DNA of 63,847 bases, filler included, from Lama guanicoe (GCA_013239625.1; 141 parts of 141 records of this genome joined end to end with filler, not necessarily neighbours in it), one strand, 5' to 3'. Shown: positions 36,593-49,844, counted from the first letter of the whole stretch. Made by a program: numbers and translations. Notes: generated by a model not told the origin, from the sequence alone.

Positions 36593-37610
36593 NNNNNNNN
36601 NNNNNNNNNNNNNNNNNNNNNNNNNNNNNNNNNNNNTTAATTAATTAANNNNNNNNNNNNNNNNNNNNNNNNNNNNNNNNNNNNNNNNNNNNCTTGGGGC
36701 AGCGCAGGAGGAAGAGGATTTAGGACCTTGAAGTGAGCCCTGGATCCCCTGGCTGGGGCCCCATGACAGGTGGATCCAGACGGCCTGGAGGCCTCCTGGC
36801 CTCACGCTCTGGCGGCTCTGGCTCTGCAGCTCTAGCCTTCTCTACACTAAAAGCCAAGCCCCTGCCCTCCCCGGGGCTGATGCCTCCCACATCATACATC
36901 ACAGAGAGAGGCGGGGACTCGGGCAAGAAGCGGGAAAGGGCAGGGCAGCTGGGGCTGTACCTGGGTACCCACCTGTGGGCTGTGGGGTGCTGAGGGCCAC
37001 GGGGGCCCCAGCAGTGGACGTGGAGGGGGCAGGAGTGGTGGGGTCCNNNNNNNNNNNNNNNNNNNNNNNNNNNNNNNNNNNNNNNNNNNNTTAATTAATT
37101 AANNNNNNNNNNNNNNNNNNNNNNNNNNNNNNNNNNNNNNNNNNNNGTAAACTAGATAAATAAGGATGCTAACTCAAATTAATTGCCTGGGACTAATTTC
37201 ACTCCAGGTAGATTAATGTCACGCAATAGAGTAGGTTTTATTTTAAACCACTGTAATGAATTATAACAGATTTTTAATGGAAATTATTTCTATGTTTCAT
37301 TACAAAAGCATATCTTATATATATATTTACTTTTGAAGGAACTAAATACTTGATAATGTTAAAAATATAAAAAATATAACAGAGATTTGTTACAGGTAGT
37401 CACAGAACATAAAAGAAAATGTGGTTTAGAATTTAAGATGGCAAGAAACAGAGTAGGGTCAAGAATGAAGAAAAATGGAGTAGTGCCATAAAAAAAAAAA
37501 NNNNNNNNNNNNNNNNNNNNNNNNNNNNNNNNNNNNNNNNNNNNTTAATTAATTAANNNNNNNNNNNNNNNNNNNNNNNNNNNNNNNNNNNNNNNNNNNN
37601 GACTTGTCCT

Positions 37611-37954
37611 TGTAATAGAGAACAGGTCAGGCCCTGTACTGGATCTGTTCCTTTAACCACTGTGCCCTGTTTTCCAAGCTCAGTCTTGCCAGTGCAGCAC
37701 CTTTAGCCTGAAACAGACAAGAGAGCCTGTTCTCCAGGCTCTGACCTTTAAGGACGTCAGCACTTCTGCCCTCATGTAGAGATGGGAAGTTGCAAAATAG
37801 AGAATAACAACCTTTGTTTTGTTGGCGGTTTACAGGGACACCATGGCCTGACCCACGAGGATGGCTGCAAGAACAGAGAATGCCTGCAGCAAGAAGTTTG
37901 CAACAACCAACCACACACCCCCTCCCTTTTTTTTTTTTTTTTTTTTTATAAAAG
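37611..37954 (+). mobile_element. ERV1-class LTR (U3 portion)
   Basis: Begins TGTAATAGAGAACAG and resembles artiodactyl ERV1 LTRs; TATA-like tataaaag at the contig end. Confidence 0.65.
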
Positions 37955-38508
37955 NNNNNNNNNNNNNNNNNNNNNNNNNNNNNNNNNNNNNNNNNNNNTT
38001 AATTAATTAANNNNNNNNNNNNNNNNNNNNNNNNNNNNNNNNNNNNNNNNNNNNTTTTCTTGAAAGCAGACTAATCAACAGCTGTGGCTAGACACAGCCT
38101 CTCTAAGTTAGAAAATGAAATATTGAACACCAAGATACGCTATGGAATATATATTATATAAATTTAACAACGCTTCCATTTAGTAGTCCTTAGTGTCAGA
38201 ACACAAATGTTCTACACAGTTTGCTAAGGTTTTTAAGCATTTTTAGGTTTGCCTGTTTTGAGGCAGATCTGGAAATTCTGAGGATATGAAATCATCAAAC
38301 ATTTTTCTGTTGCTGCCAAAAAGATTGTTACACTGGGTAACAGGGAAGAATCGTGGAATCTTTTATGTGCACGTGCCTACACATTCTCTTAACAGTTGTC
38401 TTTCAGTCNNNNNNNNNNNNNNNNNNNNNNNNNNNNNNNNNNNNNNNNNNNNTTAATTAATTAANNNNNNNNNNNNNNNNNNNNNNNNNNNNNNNNNNNN
38501 NNNNNNNN

Positions 38509-38802
38509 GATTGGTTCCATCACACCTGGAAGGAAGACATGAGGGCAGAAGAGGCCACGTGGCCCAACCCAAGCCAGAGCTGTCTCTACTGGCATCTTGG
38601 CTAACGGCTCCCCACTTGAGCATCTCTTCCTCCCTCGAGTACTTTTCTTTTCTTCTCCCTGCTTGAACACTTTTCTTTTGTTTCCTCTTTTGAAAAGAAA
38701 AGCAGTTTTGCTCTGTCTCTCTGCCTTAGCTGTGAATTCTTTCCAGCCAGCAGGCAGGGACCCACACTTTGGTGGGCCTCCTAATTTAGGGGTCTCACTA
38801 TC
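38509..38802 (+). mobile_element. ERV LTR R/U5 portion
   Basis: gagtacttttc...ctgtgaattctttc...agggacccac...ctatca (terminal CA). Confidence 0.5.
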
Positions 38803-39863
38803 AGCTCACATCTATCATTTCTGACATTGATACTGAACTTGAGATCATATTTGATGATAACANNNNNNNNNNNNNNNNNNNNNNNNNNNNNNNNNNNNNN
38901 NNNNNNTTAATTAATTAANNNNNNNNNNNNNNNNNNNNNNNNNNNNNNNNNNNNNNNNNNNNCAGGATCCAGGTAGACGATTTCAAATTTGGTGAAGAAC
39001 TACGTTTTGTTTTATACTTGTCTTTTGCAGCAAAAACGAAAGTAATAAACTGGTTGGGAATTAGTAGTAGAGGGAGAAGGGAAAGGACAGATTTCAGAGA
39101 TTACTGAAAGAAGAGGCAGTGGGATTTCATGACAGATTACAGAGAGATTTAATGTGCCACTGTAGGTTAATCTTCCTGTTACAGCCCACTAATCTGGCCT
39201 CACTGGGAAGAGGTGTTTTTCAAGGCAGAAACACTTTTTCATTTTCTGTTTAAAATATTACTAGAATGTCATTCTAAGTGAAGTAAGCCAGAAAGAGAAA
39301 GAAAAATACNNNNNNNNNNNNNNNNNNNNNNNNNNNNNNNNNNNNNNNNNNNNTTAATTAATTAANNNNNNNNNNNNNNNNNNNNNNNNNNNNNNNNNNN
39401 NNNNNNNNNAATGGAAATTTGTTGCAAAATCTTTATAGTAAGAACTCATTGAGCAAGATAACAGTATATTCTCAATGAGCAAATGACAATTTATAAACTC
39501 TTCTATTCAATAATAAAATAGGAGGGTTAAGTGTTTGGTGAGCCCATCTCTCTCCCCACCTGCCCCACCTGTGTGTTGGGTGACAGGGGACAGGGACTCT
39601 CAGTGTTCCCTGAGCAAGTGTGAAGTGAAGGGAACATCTGTGGCTTTCTGTTTGCCCTCCATGGGTGCATTCTTCTACAGCCACGGTATTGCCCCTGGAG
39701 CTTCGATACTGTGATGATGCTCCAGTGTCTTGGCAAAGTTAGGGCTGGCCTCAGTCTCTGATCNNNNNNNNNNNNNNNNNNNNNNNNNNNNNNNNNNNNN
39801 NNNNNNNTTAATTAATTAANNNNNNNNNNNNNNNNNNNNNNNNNNNNNNNNNNNNNNNNNNNN

Positions 39864-39893
<30 letters not shown>
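39864..39893 (+). repeat. (GT)15 microsatellite, truncated at contig start
   Basis: Direct reading. Confidence 0.97.
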
Positions 39894-39895
<2 letters not shown>

Positions 39896-40208
39896 TTACA
39901 CAATGGAATACTACTCAGCCATCAACAAAGAATGAAATAATGCCCACTTGCAGCAACATGGACCTGGAGATTGTCATACTAAGTGAAGTAAGGTAGAAAT
40001 AGAAAGAAAAACACCAAATACCATATGCTATCACTTCTATGTGGAATCTTTAAGAAAATCACACAAATGAACTTATTTACAAAACCAAAACAGACTTTCA
40101 CAGAAACTAACTTACGGTTACCAGGAGGGAAAGTTGGTAAGAGAGATAAGTTGGGAATCTGAGATTTGCAGATACTAACTACTATATGTAAAATAGATAA
40201 ACAACAAG
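39894..40208 (+). mobile_element. L1 ORF2 end / 3'UTR
   Basis: caatggaatactactcagccat...gaatgaaataatgcc...actaagtgaagtaag. Confidence 0.9.
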
Positions 40209-40308
40209 NNNNNNNNNNNNNNNNNNNNNNNNNNNNNNNNNNNNNNNNNNNNTTAATTAATTAANNNNNNNNNNNNNNNNNNNNNNNNNNNNNNNNNNNN
40301 NNNNNNNN

Positions 40309-40662
40309 GGCCATACTCCCTAAAGCAATCTATAGATTTAATGTGATCTCTATCAAATTACCCATGACATTTTTTTTGACAGAACTAGAACAAATAAACC
40401 TAAAATTTATATGTAACCACAAAAGACCCAGAATTGCCAAACCAATCCTGAGGAAAAAGAACAAAAGCATAATCCTCCCAGACTTCAGACAATAATACAA
40501 AGCTACAGTGATCAAAGCAGCATGGTATTGGCACAAAAACAGACATACAGACCAACGGAACAGAACAGACAGTGCAGAAATAAACAAACACACCTATGGT
40601 CAATCAATCCTTGACAAAGGAGGCAAAAATATACAATGGAGAAAAGACAGCCTCTTCAGCAA
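40309..40662 (+). mobile_element. L1 ORF2 fragment
   Basis: [23 protein letters not shown]...[16 protein letters not shown]. Confidence 0.93.
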
Positions 40663-40762
40663 NNNNNNNNNNNNNNNNNNNNNNNNNNNNNNNNNNNNNN
40701 NNNNNNTTAATTAATTAANNNNNNNNNNNNNNNNNNNNNNNNNNNNNNNNNNNNNNNNNNNN

Positions 40763-41100
40763 TTTTTTTTTTTTAAATGCTGACGGATATTCCATTGTCT
40801 GGATGTACCACAGTTTACTTACCCATTCACCTTCTGAAGGATGTGGTGGTTGCTTTCAAGTTGTGGCAACCATGGACAAAGCTGCTATAAACATTCTTGT
40901 GCAGGTTTTTGTGTGGACGTAAATTTTCATCTCCTTTGGGTAAATAACAAGGAGCATGATGGCTGGATGTTATGGTAAGGGTATATAAATTTTGTAAGAA
41001 ACCACCAAACCGTCTTCCAAAGAAACTGCTATTTTGTGTTCTATCAGGAATGAATGAGAATTCCTGTTGTTCTACAGCCTCGTCAGAATTTGGTGTTGTC
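40763..41100 (-). mobile_element. L1MB/MC ORF2 end and 3'UTR
   Basis: tattccattgtctggatgtaccacagtt...aagctgctataaacattcttgtgcagg. Confidence 0.85.
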
Positions 41101-43486
41101 CCACACAAAAGCTACTNNNNNNNNNNNNNNNNNNNNNNNNNNNNNNNNNNNNNNNNNNNNTTAATTAATTAANNNNNNNNNNNNNNNNNNNNNNNNNNNN
41201 NNNNNNNNNNNNNNNNTCCAGACTCCAACTCCCAAACTCCCAGAGCAGCAGAGCTGAGAGAAACCCCTCTGAGGCCTTTTGGACCTTCACGGAGAGAAGG
41301 GCAGCTGTCCTCCAAAGGCCGGAGGATGGACAGTGAGGCTGAAAGGGATCTCCGAGCACTGAAGGAAGAGGGCAGACATAAGGGCAGAGCAAAATCCCCA
41401 GCAACCCAGCCAGCTGGCAGCTTGGCAGTAACGCAGGGGGATTCTGGGAATGGTGACATGGCTACGAAGCCCAGGTGCGCCTCGGGGACCCTGTTAGTCC
41501 TCAGATCCCAGGCTCTGCTAAAGGGAAAGTCCTCATCCTACTCTCAAAGCAAATGGTGAACTAAATCAAANNNNNNNNNNNNNNNNNNNNNNNNNNNNNN
41601 NNNNNNNNNNNNNNTTAATTAATTAANNNNNNNNNNNNNNNNNNNNNNNNNNNNNNNNNNNNNNNNNNNNGAAACTAATATTGTAAATCAACTAAACTGC
41701 AATAAAAAATTTTTTAAAGCTCAGTTTTACATCGAGCAGCTTCATTAATAAATTAATATTGCACAATAAAGTTACCATGGAAATTTAGGTCCAAGCTTTC
41801 ACTGAATTTATCAAAATGATAGATTCATTGAATTTTAACTTTAGGAGTTTGAATAAGATCAGTTTATCCAACTACTCACTTCATATTTGAGGAGATGAGC
41901 CCCAAACAGTTACTCAAATTTTCCACAGTAGCAAAGTCAGTAGGTGAAAACCAACATTAGGATCCAGTTTTCCTGAATTTTAATCCAGTTAGCTGACCCA
42001 GATTCACAACCTGGAGGGGCCACANNNNNNNNNNNNNNNNNNNNNNNNNNNNNNNNNNNNNNNNNNNNTTAATTAATTAANNNNNNNNNNNNNNNNNNNN
42101 NNNNNNNNNNNNNNNNNNNNNNNNCACACTGGACAGCACCACAGACCCATTCTTTCGAAGCTTACTCATCCTAATTTAGACTCTCCTGCCTGTGCCCTAA
42201 CTCGCTTCTCTGCAAGATTTTAAATACCATCTACCTCTCGGGAAACTCTCCTGGTTTTCTTCTGAGTCCCTGGTCGCCCTGGACTGGACAGCCATGCCTG
42301 TCGTCTCATGGGTGCACCTTGGACAAGCTCTCCACACGCCGGGTATCATTAAGCCGCTTTCTCAGGAAGTCCAGACTTCCCCCCTGTTTATTAAAATGCA
42401 GGTTTTCCCCAAGATGGAAGGGTTAGTCATTATTTTTCAATATTAATGTTATTGTTTTTCTGAAGCTTCTGTTGTTCCNNNNNNNNNNNNNNNNNNNNNN
42501 NNNNNNNNNNNNNNNNNNNNNNTTAATTAATTAANNNNNNNNNNNNNNNNNNNNNNNNNNNNNNNNNNNNNNNNNNNNGCCGAAATTCAAGGAGGAGTAA
42601 GTACAGTTCTATTGTTTATACCAAAAGGAGAACCAGTTATGCACTGGTGATTCTCATTCATGTCTGCCATAAACACTTATTACAAGTCAGCCACTGTTCT
42701 AAGAGCTTTACATGAATCATTTATATTTACATGTGTTAATTAGCACAACCATTCTGTCACAGAGGGACACATGGTGTGCCCTCAGCTTTGCAAATGGGAA
42801 AACTTAGAGAGACACTGACTAACGTTCTACAGCACCAAGAGAAGATGTGGTGTGTGTTCCTGGATCACGTGGCTGCAGAGTGCACCCTGTACCTATAATG
42901 TTATGCTTTCTCCTAAACCGTTATCTCTTTACNNNNNNNNNNNNNNNNNNNNNNNNNNNNNNNNNNNNNNNNNNNNTTAATTAATTAANNNNNNNNNNNN
43001 NNNNNNNNNNNNNNNNNNNNNNNNNNNNNNNNAACTGGAAGAGGCTTGCCAATCTGCTCGAGCTTCTGGGTTTTACATCATCTGGGGACGTGAAGCCATT
43101 TCCGTGACAGACAAGGACAGTTTAGGAGCCATACGTGGAATTAAAATCACAATATAACTCTAAATTTTAACATTCAGAATGTGAATTTTATGACACTTTG
43201 GCACAGATTGCTCTGCTGTATTCACTCGCCTAAAAATGGATGAAGATAGAGGTGCCTATTGTGGGGAATGCATTCTGGTTTGTTGAAAATAGCTTCCCAC
43301 CCAATGAAATACAAGGGAAATTTCCTCCTTTAGTCTTTTATCTTACTCTGTTTTCAAATTTCCATTGGTTCCTGGCCCTTGTATATNNNNNNNNNNNNNN
43401 NNNNNNNNNNNNNNNNNNNNNNNNNNNNNNTTAATTAATTAANNNNNNNNNNNNNNNNNNNNNNNNNNNNNNNNNNNNNNNNNNNN

Positions 43487-43645
43487 TACAGCACAGGGAA
43501 ATATATCCAATATCTTGTAGTAGCTTATGGTGAAAAAGAATATGAAAATGAGCATATGTATGTGCACGTATGACTGAAGCACCGTGCTGCACACCAGAAA
43601 CTGACACAACACTGTCAATTGTCTATACCTCAGCAACAACAACAA
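43487..43645 (+). mobile_element. L1 3' end
   Basis: tacagcacagggaaatatatccaatatcttgtag...acaccagaaactgacacaacactgt. Confidence 0.85.
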
Positions 43646-44848
43646 GACTTCAAAGGGCTGAATATCTGCAAATATAAGCAATTCAACTTAGGATACACAC
43701 GCCTAGTTATGAAAAAGGTATTACAGCACATAAGAGGAATGGATATTTATAATAATGATTTTAACTTATTTAAAAGGTTGTCACATTTAGTATGCTAGGT
43801 TGAAAAAGGCCAAGAAATATTTAGTACATTAGTAAAAAAANNNNNNNNNNNNNNNNNNNNNNNNNNNNNNNNNNNNNNNNNNNNTTAATTAATTAANNNN
43901 NNNNNNNNNNNNNNNNNNNNNNNNNNNNNNNNNNNNNNNNTCTTCTGACAAAATATCATTAAGTTAACCTTTGAATAAGCTGATGGGCTTAGAGACTTTA
44001 TAAAAAACTGTCATTATAGTAATCAGAAAGCCAGACAAGGAAATAGGGGTCTGTTTGAACATATAATCCAACTTTTCATGTCCAAATAGTGTTTGAAATG
44101 TGATGATAATGTCTTTGGTAGCTGTCGGTCTCAATTCTAATGCTCCATTGCTAAGACAAAAAAATAAACTGCATTCACATCAAGTAGATTTTTCCTGTTG
44201 TGGTTCAGAGGTGAAACATTACCTGGAAGAGAGCTCATACTTCAAGTATGCTCAATTTTCTCATCACTGTAAAGAATAATAGTTTGCTGCATTTNNNNNN
44301 NNNNNNNNNNNNNNNNNNNNNNNNNNNNNNNNNNNNNNTTAATTAATTAANNNNNNNNNNNNNNNNNNNNNNNNNNNNNNNNNNNNNNNNNNNNAGAAGG
44401 AAGACATTACATTGATGGCTAATGAATTGGTTGACTTTTTTTTATTAAGTAGTGAAACTTAATATTCATGCTTATATCTGTACAGTGAAACAATAAAAAA
44501 TTAATGCCAATTTTTACTAAAGGAAGCAAAATTGCTGTGAGTTGCTCTTTTCAAATATTTATTCTGTTGTTTTGAATAGAAATAGATCTTTAGTTCTCAA
44601 TGTTCATTAATAGCAGTAGGCCATTTACAGAGCTCTGCAGAACTTCTGGCAATGATACAAACATGCAGCCTATGTTTCAAAAATAGTCCTCCTCTCTTTC
44701 AGAGCAGCCAACATTGCCTGCAGCCTCGTCCTATTCCCAAACAACTCTNNNNNNNNNNNNNNNNNNNNNNNNNNNNNNNNNNNNNNNNNNNNTTAATTAA
44801 TTAANNNNNNNNNNNNNNNNNNNNNNNNNNNNNNNNNNNNNNNNNNNN

Positions 44849-45078
44849 CATGATTCACAGGAGCCAAGCCATGGAAAGAACCTAAGTGTCTGTTCAGAGA
44901 GGAATGCATAAAGAAAATGTGGACCATATATCTACATAATGGAATATTATGTAGCCATAAAAAAGAAGGCTGATATTTGTGACAACACGGATGAGCTGGG
45001 AGGAGATTAAGTGAAATAAGCCAGACAAAGAAAAACAAATACTGCATTAGCTCACTTATATGTGGGATCTAAAAAAAG
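44849..45078 (+). mobile_element. L1 ORF2 end / 3'UTR
   Basis: aatggaatattatgtagccataaaaaagaa...aagtgaaataagccagacaaagaaaaacaaatactgc. Confidence 0.88.
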
Positions 45079-46665
45079 ATGGACAAGAAGTCTGCTTTGC
45101 AAGATGGGGTCCGAGTGAAGACACTGACTGGGAGGGTGTGATGTTATCAGTTCTCTCACACATGTATTTTTTTCCAGCCATATTTATTCCCAGTGGTAAT
45201 CANNNNNNNNNNNNNNNNNNNNNNNNNNNNNNNNNNNNNNNNNNNNTTAATTAATTAANNNNNNNNNNNNNNNNNNNNNNNNNNNNNNNNNNNNNNNNNN
45301 NNTTTTCTTACCAGACTTTTTCAAACCAGGGTCTTAAACTGCTGAGAAGCAATTTTGGTAAACATGGAACCTTAATGCTGCATTCCTTGTTGGTGCAACA
45401 CAGGGAAGAGTCCCAGATTGAAACAATCAATAGAAGGCAGCAAGCCAGTCAGCAGTTAATACTCACCCTCTTATAAGCCCCAGTAAAAGCTAACAGCAAA
45501 GAAAGTCATGACAACTGAAAGATCAAAAAATAGAATGGCAATCTTCTGCTCTTGGAGTATCTGAAGGCATAATGATCTGGTTAAATCTCTCCAGACTCCA
45601 CATAATTCTGGATTATTGCTCTCAAGTTTAGGGGACTATGTTCCATTTTATCCACTNNNNNNNNNNNNNNNNNNNNNNNNNNNNNNNNNNNNNNNNNNNN
45701 TTAATTAATTAANNNNNNNNNNNNNNNNNNNNNNNNNNNNNNNNNNNNNNNNNNNNGGATGTAGGTAATTGACCATAAACCTAACAATTAGATTAACTTT
45801 AACTCTACATGAGATAGTGAGATACATTTAGTTCAAAAGCAAGGCTGTGAGCAATTATTGAAGTAATTGGTAAACAGGCCTAGTCTGGGATCTTGGGTCA
45901 GTTGTTCACTCCTGATGCTGTCTCCTTCTTATCCAGGTCTGCCGGATTCCTCCTCTGCCTGAGCATTATTTCAAGGTGATTTTGAGGTTAGCAACCCTCT
46001 CTGATAAGTGCCCTTCTGTCGAGGTTGGAGATAGTCCTTAAAGTAGGTCTTTTTCAGTATGTATCATCTACTGGTTGCAAGCCATCTGATCTTCACCAAA
46101 AGCTACATTTNNNNNNNNNNNNNNNNNNNNNNNNNNNNNNNNNNNNNNNNNNNNTTAATTAATTAANNNNNNNNNNNNNNNNNNNNNNNNNNNNNNNNNN
46201 NNNNNNNNNNCTGGTCCAATAAGACCCAACGCCCAGGAATTTTGATATAATTATTGGGAATTCTTCTGGGAGAGCTGTCTGCACACGTACAGAGCTCCCA
46301 TAGGGCCTTCATGTGTAGAGTGAGAGACACCACACCAGTAAGTAGGACAAAGAAAGAAAACAAAAATGGTAGGAGAGAAAGCGAAACACCACATCATTCT
46401 TTAAGGCTCCTCAATCCACTTGCATATTTAAAACTTAAGCCAATAAATTATTCTTTTTTTGACCTTTATGCCAGTTTGAGTTGGGTTTTTATCCCTTATA
46501 GCTTCTATGGCATGGTGATGATGATGGTCATGATGGCTGTTATTTTTGTTATTATAATAATTGTTNNNNNNNNNNNNNNNNNNNNNNNNNNNNNNNNNNN
46601 NNNNNNNNNTTAATTAATTAANNNNNNNNNNNNNNNNNNNNNNNNNNNNNNNNNNNNNNNNNNNN

Positions 46666-46990
46666 AATAAGCTCCCTCATATGGTGGGAAAGGTTAAATG
46701 AAACAATAATTAAAACACTTAGAATGATGCACAGCACGTATGTTTAGTAAGTATTAGCTATTATAACAACTGATTTGTTATCTACCAAACAATACCATCA
46801 ATATTTACCTAGCACTTAAGTGCTCCACGTAGATCTAAGCGCTTTACATACATATTAGCTCACTTAATCCTCTCCTAGCCTATGAGACGGGCTGTATTCT
46901 TTTCCCCATTTTACAGAAGAGAAAATTGGGGACAGAACAGTTAAGGGGACTGCCTAGAGGCTGTGTTCTTAACCATCTATTTGATTCTTA
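46666..46990. mobile_element. MIR remnants (tail on +, core on -)
   Basis: aaaacacttagaatgatgc...agtattagctattat, and cccattttacagaagagaaaattg. Confidence 0.65.
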
Positions 46991-47120
46991 ACTTTGGCCA
47001 CACCATCAGCGTCACCTGAGNNNNNNNNNNNNNNNNNNNNNNNNNNNNNNNNNNNNNNNNNNNNTTAATTAATTAANNNNNNNNNNNNNNNNNNNNNNNN
47101 NNNNNNNNNNNNNNNNNNNN

Positions 47121-47440
47121 TCTCCGCCCACTGCTGGCCGACTGAGGCTCCTCGCGAAGCTCCGCCCCTTCGTGCGCAAAGATACCCAGTGCGCCTGCGC
47201 AAACTCACCTCAGGCGCGCCTCCTGGCGTGTGATTGGTTGCCGCCCAGCCCGCCCCACCGCCCACGGGCCGCCCCGGAGACCCCGTCGGCTCGGCGGCGC
47301 TGGAGAGGCTGCGCTCCCTCACGAAGCCCCGCTCCCGAGCACTGCGCGCTCCCCCGAGTGCGCCTGCGCAAACACAGCTTCGCGAGGAAGCCGAGGGGTG
47401 TGGGCGGGGGTACATGTCAAACGCGCGTCAGTGAAGTGGT
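47121..47440. promoter_or_regulatory. CpG-island housekeeping-type promoter
   Basis: NRF1-type TGCGCCTGCGCA at 47190-47201 and 47359-47370; GC boxes at ~47122, ~47160 and ~47402; CCAAT on the minus strand at 47233-47237; TCGCGA cores at ~47152 and ~47380. Confidence 0.8.
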
Positions 47441-47575
47441 TTAGAAAATAAAATAAAATAAATTCTAATAATGGCNNNNNNNNNNNNNNNNNNNNNNNNN
47501 NNNNNNNNNNNNNNNNNNNTTAATTAATTAANNNNNNNNNNNNNNNNNNNNNNNNNNNNNNNNNNNNNNNNNNNN

Positions 47576-47930
47576 GGGCCCCTCTTGCTCCAGCACTCCT
47601 CCTCTCTGGGGCCAGGGTACCAGTGTTAGGAGAGGGGAGAGCACACACTTAAAGGGAACAGAGCCAGCCTAGAACCAACCATGAGGGCTTCTGCTCCATC
47701 AGCTTGAGATCCAGCCGCACCTCCAGTAGGGCATACTGAGCAGAGGGGGAAGTCCTGCCTTACACCTGGCTCTGGCCCAAGCCCCTCCATCTCCAGCTCC
47801 ACTTCCTACCCAGGTGGTAGCTGCCAGCACACCCTGAGGAAACACGAGACTTCTGTTTAATTTAAATCTAGCTCTCCGAAGGGCAATGGGCACACACAAA
47901 CTGTATGGGGACACTCCCACACAAGGGCAC
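47576..47930 (+). mobile_element. L1 5'UTR
   Basis: ggagagcacacacttaaagggaacagagccagc...agggcttctgctcc resembles a laurasiatherian L1 5'UTR. Confidence 0.6.
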
Positions 47931-48485
47931 NNNNNNNNNNNNNNNNNNNNNNNNNNNNNNNNNNNNNNNNNNNNTTAATTAATTAANNNNNNNNNNNNNN
48001 NNNNNNNNNNNNNNNNNNNNNNNNNNNNNNATTTTTACAAGTGAAGTTTCACATAATCAACAAATCACAAAGGCAATCCTGAGGATGTGTTTGGAAACAT
48101 GAGATAAAAAAGCCAATATGAAATGACTGATTGCTGAGCTTGGAAAAATAAAACATTCTGCCAGCCAGGCTTAAAAGAAATATATGTCTAATATTACAAG
48201 GTACCATATGCAAGTAAAGTTAGTAGTAAGCAAAGTTTCCTATCATGTGAAGTGAGAAACCTATGAAAATGTGCATTTTTTCCAGAAATTAACTCTCAAA
48301 ATATATGATTACTTTTGGAAGTTCTTGGGGTTCATATTGATATGACTCTTCTATCCCAAGAATTTGGTTTTTTTATTATTTTTTTNNNNNNNNNNNNNNN
48401 NNNNNNNNNNNNNNNNNNNNNNNNNNNNNTTAATTAATTAANNNNNNNNNNNNNNNNNNNNNNNNNNNNNNNNNNNNNNNNNNNN

Positions 48486-48834
48486 AATGCAAACCAAAAC
48501 TACAATGAGGTATCACCTCACACCAGTCAGAATGCCTGTCATTCTAAAGCCCACAGACAGTAAATGCTGGAGAGGGTGTGGGAAAAAGGGAACCCTCCTA
48601 CACTGCTGGTGGGAATGTAGTTTGGTAGCCATTATGGAAAACAGTGTGGACATTCCTCAAAAGACTAAAATTAGACTTACCATGTGATCCAGCAGTCCCA
48701 CTCCTGGGTATATGTCCAGAGCGAACTCTAATTCAAAAAGACAACTGCACCCCAATGTTCATAGCAGCAAGACTTACAATAGCCCAGATATGGAAACAGC
48801 CTAAATGTCCATTGACAGATGACTGGATAAAGAA
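48486..48834 (+). mobile_element. L1 ORF2 C-terminal CCHC region
   Basis: [16 protein letters not shown]...[19 protein letters not shown] and PMFIAA...WKQPKCP. Confidence 0.95.
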
Positions 48835-49077
48835 NNNNNNNNNNNNNNNNNNNNNNNNNNNNNNNNNNNNNNNNNNNNTTAATTAATTAANNNNNNNNNN
48901 NNNNNNNNNNNNNNNNNNNNNNNNNNNNNNNNNNTAAGATGGCCTGCAGGCTAATCCAATGCAGACGGCAAACTGAGGCCCACGGTGGGGAGTCTGTCCA
49001 TGGTCCCTGGGCAGTTGGGACAGAGCTGGGACCCAGTCTCTGAGCAGGGAACACCTGGACAGCAGGCAGGCACTCAC

Positions 49078-49174
49078 CTTGGTCCCAGCCGTGAGCACCA
49101 GCCCCACAGCAGCCATGCAGGTACTCCCAGTGATCTTGATCTTCTCCAGGACCTGGTAAGCTTTTCTCCATGAG
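49078..49174 (-). pseudogene. ADCY1: ADCY1-like catalytic (C2) exon, degenerate (2-nt deletion, no AG acceptor, donor intact)
   Basis: aaacaaac|LMEK-(frameshift)-YQVLEKIKITGSTCMAAVGLVLTAGTK|gtgagt vs recalled ADCY1 LMEKDFYKDIEKIKTIGSTYMAAVGLAPTSGTK; 97 bp instead of 99. Confidence 0.85.
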
Positions 49175-49561
49175 GTTTGTTTAAAACACAAAACCGTTAA
49201 ACATCACATAACATAGTAGACAAGTCACTGCAGTGTACGGCCACCAGAAGCAACTGTGGAATGGACAGACACGTGCTGGAAAGCAGTGTNNNNNNNNNNN
49301 NNNNNNNNNNNNNNNNNNNNNNNNNNNNNNNNNTTAATTAATTAANNNNNNNNNNNNNNNNNNNNNNNNNNNNNNNNNNNNNNNNNNNNGAGTTTGTTGT
49401 TTGTTCATCTGCTTGATTAATTAACCGTTTTTATTTCAGTGGTTACATATTTTACAGTGTCATAACTGTGCTATTCTCACTTTTGATTGTCTTTCCTATT
49501 ATTTATCGTTAAATTGCTGTTAAGTCAATGCTAGAAACATATGTTGATTTTTAAATTCAAT

Positions 49562-49744
49562 CTGTGGTTCTAATGAGGGGGTAGTTTTCCCCCAGGGGAT
49601 ACACTGAGCAGTGCCCAGGGACATTTTTGGCTCCACACTGGAGGTGGGTGAGTGGCGACCACAGATGCTGTAAACATCCTTCAATACACAGGACAGAGCA
49701 TGCAACAGAAAATGATCTAGTCCAGGAAATCAATAGTATTAAGA
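49562..49744 (+). mobile_element. MER20 (hAT-Charlie)
   Basis: ctgtggttct...cccccagggga...gacatttttgg...gatgctgtaaacatccttcaatacacaggacag...aatcaatagt. Confidence 0.8.
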
Positions 49745-49844
49745 NNNNNNNNNNNNNNNNNNNNNNNNNNNNNNNNNNNNNNNNNNNNTTAATTAATTAA
49801 NNNNNNNNNNNNNNNNNNNNNNNNNNNNNNNNNNNNNNNNNNNN

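Noticed and set aside
36973..37046. Pro-rich candidate exon end on the minus strand (TPPLLPPPRPLLGPRGPQHPTAH|gtgggt)
   Set aside because: Low-complexity GC-rich sequence, acceptor not visible, peptide not recognised.
10581..45510. Several micro-exon-like ag...gt segments (~10582, ~12250, ~32633, ~45460)
   Set aside because: Short, no recognisable peptide, and expected by chance.
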